Assembly: GCA_013265495.1 (NCBI GenBank)
Contig: MU062317.1
Coordinates: 1,486,229-1,550,228 of the forward strand
Direction of reading: 5' to 3'
DNA: 64,000 nt
DNA from: Vicugna vicugna
Lineage: Eukaryota
The position numbers and the translations under genes were made by a program. The notes beneath the pieces were generated by a model. The model saw only the letters and a list, made by a program, of their open reading frames with translations. It was not told the DNA's origin and did not search any database. This document shows, in pieces, positions 49,601 through 63,422 of the stretch (its first letter is position 1; every line of letters starts with the position of its first letter).

Positions 49601-52600
49601 GCTTCCCCGGGAGAGCGCGGTCTTCACCGCAGGCCTCACTGCATTCCTGTGGAGACATTCCTGGCATATTACGGAATTTCACAACATGACACAGAGCCCT
49701 GTCAGACCCTGAGTGATGGAGGATGTCAGCTGCAGGAGGCGGGCTCCATGTCACAGATGTGGCCGCGAGCGTCCCCCACACACCGCCGCTGCTGCCACAC
49801 ACGAGACTTCCAGAGAGATGGGGGCACGTGGCTCGGTGCAGTCCCCCAGAAACCCTGAATGCACACGTTGTGGCAGGACGGCGGCCTGCCTGTGACTGTG
49901 GCGATCGGCCCTCGACCTCGCCCGAGACAAGCCAGAGCCCCTCCCGCCTGCTCGCTCTGGGCAAGTGGGTTTAATTAGGACCTCGGTGATTCGTTAACCA
50001 GTCATCAGGTGGACCGAAAGAGCTGATTAATCTCTTCCTTGAACAGATAGTTGATGCCCGCCTCTCGCAGGGGCGCAGTGACCTCCGTGCATCTAAGACA
50101 CAGGCTTTTGTCCGCTTTGAAAGGCTGCCCCAGCGAGCACCCCCGCCCCAGCCTGCATCCCGGGCTCCCCACCTGCCAGCCGCCCCCTGTCCACTTCAGG
50201 GTCCAGGACAGCTCTCGGGGCAGGACGCGGACCCGGGGGCCCACCCCAGCCAGTCCCGCCCGACCCAGAGACACTCTGGGTGGGTGTCAGCAGGGTCAGT
50301 GGGGTCCTGTCTTTGACACCAGCCCCACCAGGTGCGCTGGGCCCCGGCGGCAGGCCTGGCAGGTGAGGAGCCAGAGCCTGGTTTGTGCAGCAAAGCAGGG
50401 CCAGCAGAGAGCACAGCATGGGCTCGGGCCACAGCGGGTAGACCCCACAGGGGAGGCTCACCCCAGCAGCTGGCTCCTCAGCCCCTGCAACGGAGCAAAG
50501 GCCCAGGGCTGCCTGCCTCTCCGGCCTACCCCGCACCACAGCTGCCTCTGAGGGCCAATTCTGGGGCCCTCTCCCTCCACTCTGTGTCCTAGCCAGGGTC
50601 CAGCCCACGGGGCTGTGGGCAAATGCTACTGATTCTCGAATGGCCCAAAGAATCCCCACATGAGGACCAGGGTAAAGTCCATGGGCCCCTCTGCCTCCCT
50701 ATGCCTCTACCCCCACTCCCACCCCCACGCCTACCCCACACCCACAGTGCCCTCCAGCCTTGGCACGTGCAGCCCCTCAGCTGAGAAAGCCTCCTGGCGT
50801 GTGACCCTGTCACCAGGGAGAGCACTGGGGACTCTCCGAGGAGTGGGTCTCCTGCAGAGCATCCCGGCTCCAGGCAGGGCAGCGTCCTGGCAAATCCTGG
50901 GCCCGGGGGTGGGGGGTATCTCAGGCGAGAGCTCCCAGGACAGCAGAGGGCCCTGAGGAGACAGGACAGCCGGGCCCGCATGTGGCCGGTGGCTGGGCCC
51001 CCGCTGCCTGAGCTCGGCCCTCTGGGCACCCTCACCCGGGCAGGGACCCCACACAGGGTGGGCTCAGCCTCTGCCCCCCGTCCCTCAGCTGGAAGCTCCT
51101 CTGGGCGGGCGTTATGGGAAACGAGAGAAAGGGAAAGTTCTTTACTTCTTTAGAAACTCTTGGAGACGGAGGCGTGAGCCCTGTCTTGTCAGAGCAGGAG
51201 CCACAGTGGGGGTGCTTCCCGCCTGCCGCAGGGCTGGGGTGTGCTCCCTCACGGCAGACAAGACAGGACGGACGAGGAGGCCGAGGCCAGCCGGGCGGGG
51301 CCCTCGCCCCTTCACGCCTCCCTCTGGAGACCAGCAGGGCCTGGGGCTGGCGGCCCACTGCTGCCCGCGGGACCAGGGCCGAGCTGCCTGGGGGAGGCGC
51401 GGGCCAGGCCGTGCCTGCGGCTGTCACTCCAGGGCTCAGGGGCCTGGAGCTCCCAGTCCTCGGGGGCCCTAGGGAGGAGACGGCAGGTTCCAGTCGGCCG
51501 CACATCAGGGCCTGCCATGATTCTCCAGCCGGACGACTGTGTTAATTTTGGAACTTCCTTGTGGGCTCCCAGGGCTCCTCCCCACATGAGCAGCAGGTCA
51601 GGGGGGCCTGGGTCGGCTTCTTTGCAGGCCACAGACCCTCAGGGTGACAGCTTTCCCCAGTTCGGGTCTTAACAGGTACTTGACTCCGCAGCTACCCCGC
51701 TCCCACTAGTACTGGTGGCCACGCAGGATGCCCATGTGGCTGGCGGAGATGGCCACACCCCCGCCCCAGGCCACCTGGGGGCTCTCCCCTGCCCAGGCCT
51801 TGGGAAGGGGTCCCCACCCTCTCACACCCAGATCAGATCTCAGGAGAGCCACACCCCGGGCTGTACCCATGTCCACCTCAGAGACTAGAAAACTGATGGC
51901 CACGAGGGTCAGGACCAGGGCCGACCGAGCTGGGAGCCCACGTCTCCAGGGCCCTGCCCCCTGGGTCTGTGGGTAGACAGGCCCGGGTCGCATGGTCTGC
52001 TGGACACACTAGTCTCACTAGGGAAGCAGTCACTCCAGAGCAGGAACCCCTTTCTCTCACCGCCCACGATGCCCCTGGCCACAGGGTCCCACGCCTGCTC
52101 CCCCAGTGCCTGCCTCTGCTCAGATGTCCCAGCAAGTGTCCTGTCCAAATGTGGCCCTTTTCTAAGCTCTGCCCACTTGGTCTCCAGACCCAGGCCACGT
52201 GGAACAGCACTGAGAAGCCACATGCCAAACAGCTTGGCTGCGGCCGCCTCGCCCCGCTCAGGCTGCAGTGGGCACTGCCTTGGCGACGGTTCTGCTGGGG
52301 GTCACATTTGCTTGTGGCAACTTCAGCGAAGTCCCCAGGGCGGACTCGGGGGCTTTGTGACGTTCCAGGGCAGTCCTGTGACACACCAGCTCTGGCTGGA
52401 TGCTCTCAGGGCCTCCGGAGAGGAAAGGTGTGGCCACGGGGTCACAGGGCACACTGGGGCCACTTGTGCTGAAGGGACAGCTGGTGGACCGTTGGGTTAC
52501 CAGCAGGGTTACCACGTGGACCCTCGCAGGAGGCCCTGCTGGACCACGTGTCCCGATGGGGCAGGCAGGGGGCCCAGGCCTCATGGGGGCCCCGCTACAG

Positions 52601-53509
52601 GCCCCATTTCACAGGGACACATGGTCAGGTCAAGATGCCACTGGGGTCCCTGGAAGGACAGCCCCATGCAGCAGGCGCAGAGCGAGGAGGCAGGAGCCCG
52701 AGGAGCCCCACCCTCGGGGCAGGTCACGGAGGGGGAGGTGGTGCTCTGCGCACGAGGCCTCGGCTTGGTCTAACAAACGCCTCTGCTTCCGGCCAAGATG
52801 GAGAGCAAAGGCCCCACCTGCCTCCATAGGAAACAAGTCAAAAGCTGGACCAGCGCCTCAAGAGTCTGCACGTCCGATGTCGTGTGGCGGGGAGCCTCCG
52901 ACCACCCCAGCTCACCGCCTCCAGAGCTTCCAACTGCAGCGCCAGCAGAGGACCCAGGCGGGTTCAGGGGTCCCCGGAGGGCAGACACGGAGCTGGGAGT
53001 CCCAGGAAGCCCAGGCAGCAAGAGTTTGCAGGACGGAGCACCAGAGAGGAGAGAGCCACAGAGTCTGCAGAGCAGGGATCAGCGCGTGGTGTGAGGAGCG
53101 TGCTGGAGGCCGGGAGAGAACCACTGAGAGGCCAGGGGAGTCTGGTCCCGAGCGCACACAGGCCTGTGACAGTGCCCGCTCCGACAGCCAGACTCACTGG
53201 CGTTGGCAGGGTGCTCACGAGGGTCCCACCTGACAGTGGGGTATAATTAACCCTGCCTGAAACCCCACCGACAAACCTTAAAGGCAAGACCCAAAAGGCT
53301 CAAACTGTGTTTAAGTAACGTAACGGGACCGAGGCCCTTGATGAGAGCACGGAAGCCCCAGCACAGGAAGGGAACGTCCACGGCGTCCGGCGTCCCAGCA
53401 GGCGCGCAGACGAGGCAGGCGGGCAGCACGCACAACCAGGGGAGGAATCAGCCCACGAGGCTGGCCCGGACGGCACAAAGGAGGGGTCCGCAGACAAGGG
53501 CACGGGGCC

Positions 53510-53870
53510 CAGGGATGCGGACGGGATGAAAACCCCAAGTCAAACGCCCAGAGATGAAACCGCGCGGGGCAGAGGTGACAGCCGAGGAGGGCGCGTGGAC
53601 TTGAGGACACGGCCATCCGCAGCGAAACCCAGAGAGAAACACAAGACTGGACTCAGAAAGCAGAACTTGCTCATTAAACCGTGAGACTTCAAGAGGCCAA
53701 ATACACACAGAATCGGAGGCTCCCCGGTGGTGGGGCAAGAAGGAGCGGAAAAAGTATTTGAAGATGTAACGGCCAAATGTTTAAAAATTTGATGAAAGTG
53801 ATAAACCCACAGATCCCAGACACTCACGGGCCTCAGGCACCAGAAACACAAGATGAGGACACGGACCACA
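53510..53870 (+). mobile_element. L1 ORF1 fragment
   Basis: AAAAAGTATTTGAAGATGTAACGGCCAAATGTTTAAAAATTTGATGAAA..AAACCCACAGATCCCAG resembles the ORF1 segment EKIFEEIMAENFPNLMK..NPQIQE. Confidence 0.7.
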
Positions 53871-55527
53871 GGTGAAGGGAAGGCCTGGCCCCTCCCCAGC
53901 CCGGGTCGCGAGTCTCCTCAGCGCCCTTTCTCGCGGACCTAGAGTCAGAGTGGATTCGTTGGCGTCCCAGCTCTGCTCCCTCCTGACTCCTGGGGGCTCA
54001 GCCCAGCGCTGTGTGCGCAGCTGGTGCCCAGTCGAAGTCTCTGCGGCCCGACAGAACCTCCCCGCACACCCCTGCCCGGTGCCACAGCTGCGCGCTCAGC
54101 GGCGGGTCTCCAGGCCACCGGGCCTTGACCCCTCTGGTCTGCGCGAGCCACCAAGTCACTCCGCACCGCCTCCAGCTCCTTGCTGGCTCTGCCTCTGCTT
54201 TCTCGAAGCCCTGGGGGTTCTGTAAAAACTCTCAGAACTCTTGGAACCCCGTTTATTTCTCTTAAAGCTGGCGGCCTGACAGGTCCTGGTTATTCTTAGA
54301 GCTGAATTATTTATCTGCCTTGCCTCCTTCCCCACACTTCAGAATCTTTAACGTGGCTCCTGGGTCCCAGCCAAGGCCCATTTTCCCCCACTCGAAATGA
54401 AGTAATTTAAAAATCTTTTGTCCTTAATTTTTTTATCACCCAAACCACGCCTGTGGTATTTCAGCCTGGCAAGGGGTCAGTACCTGACAGGTCACCGAGC
54501 CGGTGCCAGGAGCCCCAGCGCTCACCGTGGCCCTGGTGACCAGAAACCACTAGCCACGAAGGGCATGGTGGGGGCTCCTAGCTTCCCCCAAGTCCCTCTG
54601 CAGGAGAATTCAGGGCAAAGCCCAGCCTGGTACACCTGGGACCCCCGTGCCTCTAGCAGCCCCAGGATTCAGGTTGGCCGTCCACACGGTGCCAGCTCCC
54701 TTGTCCCCCAGGGGTGTGGAGGAGGCCAAGGGCCTGGCTCAGGAGCAGAAACCGGGGATGCGGGCCCGGGCTCAGCTAGGGGCACAGGGCCGCATGGGGC
54801 CACCCGCACTTCCCTCCAAGGCAGAGCCCAGGCGGGTGACCTGGCCAGGACACAGCCAGGTCCACCCAGACAGATGACCCTCCCTGTGGGTAGCAGGGTG
54901 GGCCCATCACTCGCTGCAGAGTAGAGGCCTGCGTGGCCCAGATGGAAGCACGGAGCTGGGGCCTGGGGGCCACGCAGCTGCGGCCAGAAGTGAGTCTCCA
55001 TCCCCAGGACGGGCAGGCCTGCCCCCAGCTTGGCCCACTTCCAGCTTCGCGGCTGCATTTTCTTTCCTGCCTCGCAAGGGCACACAGCACCCCCGCCCCA
55101 CCCCACGGAGCCCCGGCTGCCCCCGTCCCTTCTTGCTCTTTCGTTCAAGCAGACTCCGCGCACCCCGTCTGCTGTTTCCCAAGCGGTCCGTCTGCTCCAC
55201 GTTGTGAGCCCTCCAGGCAGGGCCGAGCCCCACTTCTCGAAGCGACATCTAAGTTCTGAGGCTGTGGGACGGGAGTCGTCTGTCTGTCCATGAGCACGTT
55301 TGGGTGTAGATGGTGAAGTTCAGGGGGCAGGCCCGGTGGGGACCCTTCCCTCCAGGTGCAGGTGGAGCAGCCAGGGGGCTTGTACGCACTGCCCGTCAAA
55401 GGAGAGGCGGGCCCAGCGGGGCAGGGCGGACGTGTGCGGGCCCACCTGAGGCCTCTGCTGTCCTCAGGGCCCCTGGATGCGTGGGACCCCGGGCAGGGCA
55501 TTCGGGGGCCTTCTCTTCTCCCCACAG

Positions 55528-55574
55528 GCCTGACAGGGCGGCCATGGCAGAGCCAGCGGCAGCGGCCTTCCCAG
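55528..55574 (+). CDS. MORN1: MORN1 exon 13 (RPDRAAMAEPAAAAFP-G)
   Basis: Strong polypyrimidine tract plus CACAG, donor CAG|GTAGGA; 47 nt; phase 2/1 fits. Confidence 0.88.
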
Positions 55575-57516
55575 GTAGGAGGGCAGTGGGTGGACATGGC
55601 CGGGAGGTGTCTCCAGCTGTGGCTCCACGATCCGAATGGATCGTTTATGTTGAGCTCAGAGGACAGGCTGCCTGCTGCCATCCTCTGAGCACGGCCCTAA
55701 ATGCAACAGCTGTCTTGATGAGGGCAGCCGGGAACTGGGAGGGCAGCCCTCAGGGCCTCGGGCGGGCTCCCCGGGTGCCCCGAGGCCGCACGAAAACTGC
55801 CCTGGCAGGTGGAGGGTGTGCAACAGGCCCAGGGCCTCACCAAAGCGTGGCCTCTCAAAGGACTGCGGGTGCCGGGCAGGGGGCCGCCGTGTCCCCTCGG
55901 CCAGGGTGTGTGTTCCTGGCTGTTTGTCTCTGGGGTCCTGACTGGAAGGCTGGCAGGCCAGTGTTGGGGCGGAGGGGGCCCAGGCTCCAGGCAGTGCCCC
56001 ACCTCCTGCTCTGGGCTGGCACTGGCTGTTCCAACAGCAGCCACACTCACCTGCGGACCGGCCAGGAGGGCCAGCACCAGGGTCACCCCATCAGAACCCT
56101 GGGACCCCAGCGTGGTGGGGGGCGACACCCCCGCCCCCTCCCGGGCTCTGGCTAGGAGAGGCCAGCAGGCGATCGGCTGGATTTCCAGGCTGTAAGGGGC
56201 GAAGCCAGGTGAATGGCCGAGTCTCTGAAACGTGGGCCAGGCCACACCAGGCTTGGCAGGGACACTGGGCCCCAGGCCCACAACAGGCCCACGTGGCGGC
56301 TGGGGCCAGGCCCTGGTGGTTTCTGAGGCTGCAAGATGGCCCCCAGCCAGGCCCTTTCCCATCTGCTGGGAGAAGGGCCCCGGGACCAAGGTCAGATGAG
56401 GCTGGGGCTCGGCTCTGCGGCCGCTGCCCGCTCAGAGCTCGCCGGCTCTGCAGCGGCGCCCTTGGCCGTGGGCTGGGGTGCTGTGTGTTCCTGGGAACAC
56501 CTAGAAACCGGCTGCTTGGAAACACTGCGGTGTTGCCATGCGTGGTTTTCCTCCAGGCCGGCCAGGGAGGCCCGGTGCCCCGGCTGTGGAATGTGGGCCC
56601 CCTCCCAGGCCCCCCGGCCCCCCAGAACCGTGGTTTCTTCCGAAGGAACTGACTCAGGGCTGAGCAAATTCCTGCCAGCCCCAGAGGCCCTTTCCCGTCC
56701 TGCCCCAGGAACGCAGGGCGTCCGCAGCCCCCGGGCTGGCCGGAGTCGGAGGGCAGCCGGCAACGAGGGAAGCGGCCCGCCCCTGTCTTCAGCCCCGGGT
56801 GCTGGAATGTTCTCTGACGGTGGGAGCCGACTCCCGCGCCCTGTTTCAGCTGCGGCCGCGTTCCTGGTGGGAGCCCAGGCCAGCCCGGCGAGCTTTTTCC
56901 AAGCTCCGGTGCCAGCCCAGCGGGCCCGGGGCGGGGAGGGGCGGTTTCCAGGGCAACCCCGCTTTCTGTTATTCCTTATTTTCTTTTTTATGGTTTCTCC
57001 AACTTTGAAACTCTCCAGACAGTTTGCAGACGGCTTTCCTTCTCTCCTGCATCGCCCAGCCCCCACCACCCCAAGAGCCCCTCCCCACAAAATAAACTGG
57101 ACAACCGTGTCTTCAGAGGCTAATTATGTTTAAAAAGCCTTCTAGAGAAAGTGAATTATTTTTCTCCTAAAAAGATAGGAAAGTAGTTTCAAAAGGACGC
57201 CTGCCCTCAGCCACGTAGCCCCACTGGCCAGGGGGGGAGACCTTGAACCCAACCCACCCTGCAGAGCTGAGCTGTGTCCTGGGGTGGGAGGCGGCTTCAT
57301 TCACCCCAAAGTCATTTATCCACCTCCGTTGTACAGCCAGCCACCCAGCAAGACAGCAACCAGGTCCCAGGGTCCCAGAGGAGAAGGGCCGGAGCCCCAG
57401 CGGGGCCCTGAGGCAGGAGCCCCAGATCAGGAAGTGGGGCTCGGGGTGCCGCTGACGAGGGGCAGAGAGGCTCCGGGGGGGCAGGAGCCCGGCAGGCGGG
57501 GGCAGCTGGGGAGTGA

Positions 57517-57687
<171 letters not shown>

Positions 57688-57721
57688 GGGGCCGCCCGAT
57701 GTACCTACCGCCACCAGCTTT

Positions 57722-57727
57722 AATAAA
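57722..57727 (+). terminator. MORN1: MORN1 polyadenylation signal AATAAA
   Basis: Canonical hexamer 34 nt after the stop codon, in an otherwise AT-poor region. Confidence 0.85.
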
Positions 57728-59149
57728 GTGCTCAACACTGGCTTCCGAGTCGCATCTGACCCACAGGGCGCGGCCCCTCCCTGCACAGCTGGACACGTGT
57801 GCGGGCTCTTCCCGGCACCGCTGCTGGTGGTCGCCAGTGCCCTTCTCAGTGGGCAGGTCTGCGCCATCACGCCCTCCCCAGAGCGAGCCCCCGGCCGAGC
57901 GGCACTGGTCCCCTGGCCACAGCCCCGCGGGGAAGCCGCCCCAGCGCTGCCTCCTCCCCACCAGCCCGGCCTTGGAGGGTGGCTCGGGGGCCCGGCTGGC
58001 AGGCTGGGGGTGTCAGGACCCTCCCAAATGAGAAGTCAAGAGGCAGGAGGCAGGTGATCAGTTTTCCAGAAACAGGCTGCCGTGTCTGCAGGGACGACTT
58101 CGTGGACTTTACAGCTTCCTCTAAAATGCACCCGTGGCACCTGGGGCGTGGGGGTGTAAGAGCAGGGGACACGCCGGCGAGGACTGCGGGCAGCCAGACA
58201 CACAGCCGCACGGTGGAGCTGGGGGAGGGACCTTCAGGTGCCAGCCCCTCTACGTGCAGCCCCACCACACCCCAGGCACCCCGCATCCCTGCTCTGCCGG
58301 CCCCCCGGGCTGCACCGCATGCCAGGCGGGCTGGGCTCACCCCTCCGCCTCGAAGCCCACCACCCCTCCATCACGGAGGAATGAGCACTGGGCGGGCACA
58401 CCCAGCATGCTCAGCCCCTCGCCGGCTCGGTGGCCTCTGGGCCTGAGGGGACCTCCATTAGGCCCCCAGCCACAAGACGCCGCTGCTGCTTACTGTCCAG
58501 AAACCCTACTGGCCCCACATCCTCCGTCCAGCACCCCTTTCCCACACCCCCCCGCCTCCCTGACAAGGACCCCAACCCACTTCAGTGCTCACGGCAGGAG
58601 CACCTGCCCCCACTCTGAGGGGCTCCCCCGACGCCCCCGCTGCCCCCTCACCTCCCTGATGCCCAGCCTTGGAGCCTGCACTTGGTCCCTACCTCCCCGA
58701 GAGCCCACCTGCCTCCTGGTCCTCGGCACCGACCCCCACGCCTCCCTGGAGACCGCCTCTCCCGTGCTTCAGATCCACACAACCAGCTGCAAGGCCTGGG
58801 CTATAGTGGTGACGGGCCAGCTTCCACTGGGGCCCAGGGTACTTCAGACCCATCATGCCCCAGACCAGCTCCTGCAGCTCCGCTGACCATGCACCACGGT
58901 CCTCTGGTGCTAAGGCCCAAGTCCCCGGCACCTGCCTTCCCTTCTCTCTTGCCCTGTGGCCCACCGATGACCCCATGAGTCTTCACAGCACATCCCTGGC
59001 CCGACCCCGTCCCACAGGCCGTGCACTCACCCTGCCCCCGAGACCCCTTCTCCACACAGAGGGCACGTCAGCTCACGACCCCAGAGTCGCCACCAGGACC
59101 TCAGGCCCCACCAGAGCTGGACCCACAGCTCACTGCCCCGCCTCTGACC

Positions 59150-59515
59150 GCTCCCCTGCTCCCTGCGGTCCTTCAGCCAAGCTGGCGTGCTTGTCTCACG
59201 GCCTTTGCACGTGCCCTTCGCTCTGCCTGAACTGCTCGCCTCACAAGGCCTTCCCTGGCTGTGTGCTCCAAAGCCTCACCCCCTGCCCCCACCCCCGGCC
59301 GCACTTCCTCCCCGCTCCCTGCTTCACCTGCCCCCGTCTCATGTGTCACGAGCTAGCATGCCATGCCTCTTGCTTGTTTGTCTTGCGGGTAATCTCCCAA
59401 ACAGCAGGAGCTTTTCTCAGTTTTGTTCACCTGCACAGCCTCAACAGAGTGCTGCATGTAGCCTACGGGAAGCCCTCAACAGGTACCCACCGAACGTATG
59501 GGTGAACGTGGAGCA
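59150..59515 (+). mobile_element. L2 3'-end remnant
   Basis: TTTTGTTCACCTG..CCTCAACAGAGTGCTGCATGTAG..CTCAACAGGTA..GAA resembles the L2 3' terminus. Confidence 0.5.
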
Positions 59516-59624
59516 CCCAGTCGCTGCAGCGCCCACTCCGTGCCAGGCATGGGGTGAGGCACTGGAGACAAAGAGGCAGAGATGTGCAGGATGCAGGGAA
59601 GCCCAGCATCTGGAAAGATGGGCA

Positions 59625-59835
59625 GAAGGGAAGATGGACGGATGGACAGACAGAGGAGTGTATGCAGGGACGGATGGAGGGTGGTGGGTGCATGGAGGGG
59701 TGAAGGGATGGATGGAGGATGGGTGGGTGGAGAGATGGATGGGTGGGTGGAGGAAGGGTGGATGGAGGGTGCGGGGGTGGATGGAGGGGTGAAGGGAAGG
59801 ATGAGTGAGGTTGGCGGATGGTGGGCAGACCGATG
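59625..59835 (+). repeat. (GGAT/GGGT)n purine-rich low-complexity repeat
   Basis: GGATGGATGGAGGATGGGTGGGTGG seen directly. Confidence 0.85.
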
Positions 59836-60989
59836 GATGGCAGGATGAATTAAGGGAAGGACGGGCAGACAACAGAGGAGGAGGTGAGTATGCGGATGGG
59901 GGAGGGGTGTGCAGGGAGGAGGCGAGCGTGTGGACGGGGGAGGGGGTGTGGGTGGGGGTAGCTATGGATGGACAGAGCAGCAGCTCCTTTGTCTGCAGGA
60001 GGCAGGCCTACGTGGAGTTATCTCACTCTTACTTGAAAGGCCAGGGGAGCCTACGTCAAAACCAAAGCAGGGCCAGCGGGCCCTCCCGGCCGCGCCCCCA
60101 GGCCCGCCCACCGCTTCACCTTCCTGCTGTTCCCTTAGGGGGTTTCCCACCCGGTTTTTCCTTGGTGTGACTGAACAACCCACCTACCTCGATACAATCC
60201 ACAGCTGGCAGGTGGAGCACCTGGACGGAGCTGGTCCCCCAGCAGGAAGAGGGGGAGCTGAGCCCTGGTCCCGGGTGATTCTCCACGTCTGCTGGGTCCC
60301 GGCTCCCAGACAGGGTGGAGTAGGTGGGCAGTGAGCCATCCAAGGCACCAGGTTTGACAGCAGCGACAGACCACCGTGGGGACGTGAAGGACTTCAGGCC
60401 AGCGAGAGGAAGGGGATTCCAGAACCTCCATGATGAGGGACTTGATGTAGCTCTGAGTCAAAGGTGTGGAGTGGCAGTGGGGGCACCTGGAGCAAGCCGC
60501 ACCTGCCAGCTTCCTTCTGGCTCCACAGGCTCAAGTGACCACAGAGGCTGCCAGCCTGGTTCTGCAGGGCTTCCGCCTCTGAGTGTCTTCGGAAGAGGAT
60601 GGGCTGCAGGTGTCCCAGCAGTGGGTCCCCAGAAGGAGCCCATTGTTAGGAACCACTGACTCCCGTGTCATGGTGCCTGGGCTCTAGGGGGCTCTGTCCT
60701 ATCCAAAGTGGATGGATAGACAGGGGGCTAGGAGACAAAGCCCCCCCCAGAGGGTGTGGCAGGTGAGCTGTGTGAATGTGGGGTAGAGCCCGGGGCAGGG
60801 CCCCCAGTGCATGGCCACAGCCAGAGGGCCATGTGCCCTGGAAAACCCCCTCAGACAGCTTTATCCCAGTGTCACTGGCCACTGGGCCTGCGCTCACTCC
60901 GCAGCTCTCTCTTCCCTTCGAGATGAAACCACGGTTCTGTCAAAGTAACAGCAATGAATATGACGTTTCAATTTAGGCAGGGAACACTG

Positions 60990-61115
60990 CAAACTGCAGC
61001 TCAGTGGTAGAGCGTGTGCTTAGCACGCACAGGGTCCTGGGTTCAATCCCCAGAGCCTCCATTTAAGTAAGTAAATAAATAAAAACCTAATCAACGCTTC
61101 CACCCCCACACCCCC
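60990..61115 (+). mobile_element. Vic-1-type SINE
   Basis: CAGCTCAGTGGTAGAGCGTGTGCTTAGCACGCACAGGGTCCTGGGTTCAATCCCCAG, then a TAAATAAATAAAAACCTAAT tail. Confidence 0.85.
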
Positions 61116-62544
61116 CAGGGCCGAGGTCTGAGCCAGCACCGTGGCCTGCAGTCCCAGAACCCAGGGCGCCGAGCTCAGGGCTGCCACCCTACCCGGACAC
61201 GGGCCTGGGGGGACTCGGGGTCGGGCTGCCCACCACGGGCGCCTCCACAGACCTGGAGCAAAGCTGGCTTTCCAGTCTCTGCAAACGCCGGACCCGCGAA
61301 ACCTCCTACTTTCCAAAGTCTGAGAGCGGAGGTTGCGGAAGCCTGGGGAGTGCAGGGGGCAGGGCCACTGCCGGGGTGCAGTGCACTGTCCTCTGCCTAC
61401 CCCCAGTCCTCACACTGTCCCTCACACTGTGTCCCACCGGCAAATCCGCAAAAAATCTGAATTCTAAAAAAAAAAAAAAAGGATTAGCAGAGGCCACCGA
61501 TGCTGGTCCAGCCACCAGGTCCTCCTGCAGGAAGAGCTGGAGGGGGGGTCCCCAGGGGCAGTGTCCAGCCGGGCGATGAAGAGTCAGAGCAGCAAGGTGG
61601 CCGCGGGCCCAGCCCCCGGGACTGCCCCCAGGCCCCCACAGCTCCCATGTCCCTCCAGCCCGGCTTCTGGGTCCAAGCCAGCACTGGGCTGCCACCCCGT
61701 CAGCCCGGACGGCCAGCCCCAGGGAGGTGCGGAGGGCCGGCCCACATCCCTGGTCTGGCCGATCCCTGGGGCAGTGTGGCCGGGTGCGGTGACTGGCCCA
61801 GAGGGCCCCTCACTGTCAAGGGGTGGGCCAGAGCCTGGGGTGGGAGCAGCAGGAGGGCCAAGGCTCGGGGGCGGCCCTCACAACTCTCCTCTGGAACTCT
61901 GAGCACCTGGAGCCCCGCTGGGTTCACGGGTCCTCCCTGCAGGGAAGGGAGTGACCTCGACCTGGTCACTGCTCCCAGAACTCGGGCAGAGCAGCCACAT
62001 TGCCACCCTGGGGGCTAGGGGTGGAAAACGCGCCGCAAGTTCTGGGTGCGTGGCCAGCGGCCAGCCAGCAGGCAGCTCCTCCCGGGCAGGGCAAGGCTCC
62101 ACCAGGCCGCCTCAGTGAGGTGGCTCAGTGGGCGCTGTGCCTGCCTCTAGCCTGAGACCTGGGGGGCCCTCTCCTGAGAAGGAGGCGGGCCTCTCGGAGG
62201 CTCCCAGGGAATCAGCACCAGTGCACCAGGGGGCCCCCGAATCCCCCTTCTCCACTCCGGGGTGGGGCAGGCAGACAGGCTGGGGTAGGGGTGCCATGAG
62301 GCTGCCACCCATGCACCTCACACCCCAGGAAGATACCCAGTCTCCAGGAGACTCAAGGAGAGGGCTCCCTTCTCCCCTGGGCCTCAGTGCCCCTGTGGTC
62401 CCGCCTCCTGCCCTCTGACTTCTGGGAGTGGGGGACATTGGCTCTGGATGGTCTACACGCTTCATGGCTATTTACCGAGTGACAACCAGACTCCTGAGCC
62501 CCTGGCGACACACCGTTCCCTGACTGGAGTCCGTGTGCAAGAGA

Positions 62545-62602
62545 CAGATTCAGAGAGACACAGAGAGACGGAGAGACACAGAGAGATGGAGAGACTGGAG
62601 AG
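62545..62602 (+). repeat. GA-rich low-complexity repeat (GAGAGAC-like units)
   Basis: CAGAGAGACACAGAGAGACGGAGAGACACAGAGAGATGGAGAGAC seen directly. Confidence 0.75.
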
Positions 62603-63412
62603 GCGGGGCACCTGCCCTCCCTGCCCAGCGCACTTCCCAGCAGGGCCCTGGCAAACACAGCCCCTCAGACCACCCAGCAGGGGCCTGGCGGTCAGGGCTG
62701 GACGGAGCCGCCTCCCACAGCCCCGCCTGGCACAGGCAGCTCCTCCCAGCCTCCGCTCCTGCTGGCCGGCGGGTCACCCGGGATGCTCCCGGGGGAGGCC
62801 TCCCTTCTCTGGAGCCTGGGCAGGCCGCCTGGTCTTGGTGCCAGGCGGGTGGTGAGGCCAGCTGTGCAGAGCAACCCCCGCCACCCTCAGGCAGGGCTTC
62901 CTGGAGGGCGCCTGGGTGCCCAGCCCGCCAGCCTGGTTCCTGTGTGGCCTGGCCAGCCCTGCGAGCTCACTGCCTGCCCAGAGCGGCCTTCTCGCCCTGG
63001 GAGCCCTCTGTCCTGGAGGAGCTGGCGGGGCCTCCAGGCCTGTTTCAGCAAGACCACCGCCACACACAGGACAGGCAGCTCTCAGAACCGACAGCATACA
63101 GCTGCCTGGGGCCTCCCCCTCCCGCCCTGTCCTCTCAGGGCAGGGCCAGCCCATGACCTCTCCGATGGAAAACTGGGTGGCTGTGGGCACAGGGGCCCTT
63201 GGGAGGCAGGTGGGGAGTGGGGGCTGTGGGCCCACTATTGCCTCAGTCCCTCAGCAAGCCTGGAGGTGGCCGCTGGGGGAGTGAGCAGGCCAGGCAGTAA
63301 CCCGCACGGGCCACAGCTGCCCCAGTCCACGATCCTCCTGGCACGAGGCCCCGGGTCTCAAGGCACAAGCGGGCGCCCCACTGCCACAGCCAGGGGCGTT
63401 TTCTGATGGAGA

Positions 63413-63422
63413 CTATAAATAG
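63413..63422. promoter_or_regulatory. Perfect MEF2 consensus CTATAAATAG
   Basis: Exact CTA(A/T)4TAG in a GC-rich background, next to TGTCA at 63426-63430. Confidence 0.5.

Noticed and set aside
55754-55787. 9-bp inverted repeat
   Set aside because: Expected by chance at this GC content.
60990-61065. tRNA gene
   Set aside because: A/B boxes are present, but there is no convincing cloverleaf and it carries the SINE AT-rich tail; two related copies occur in the window.
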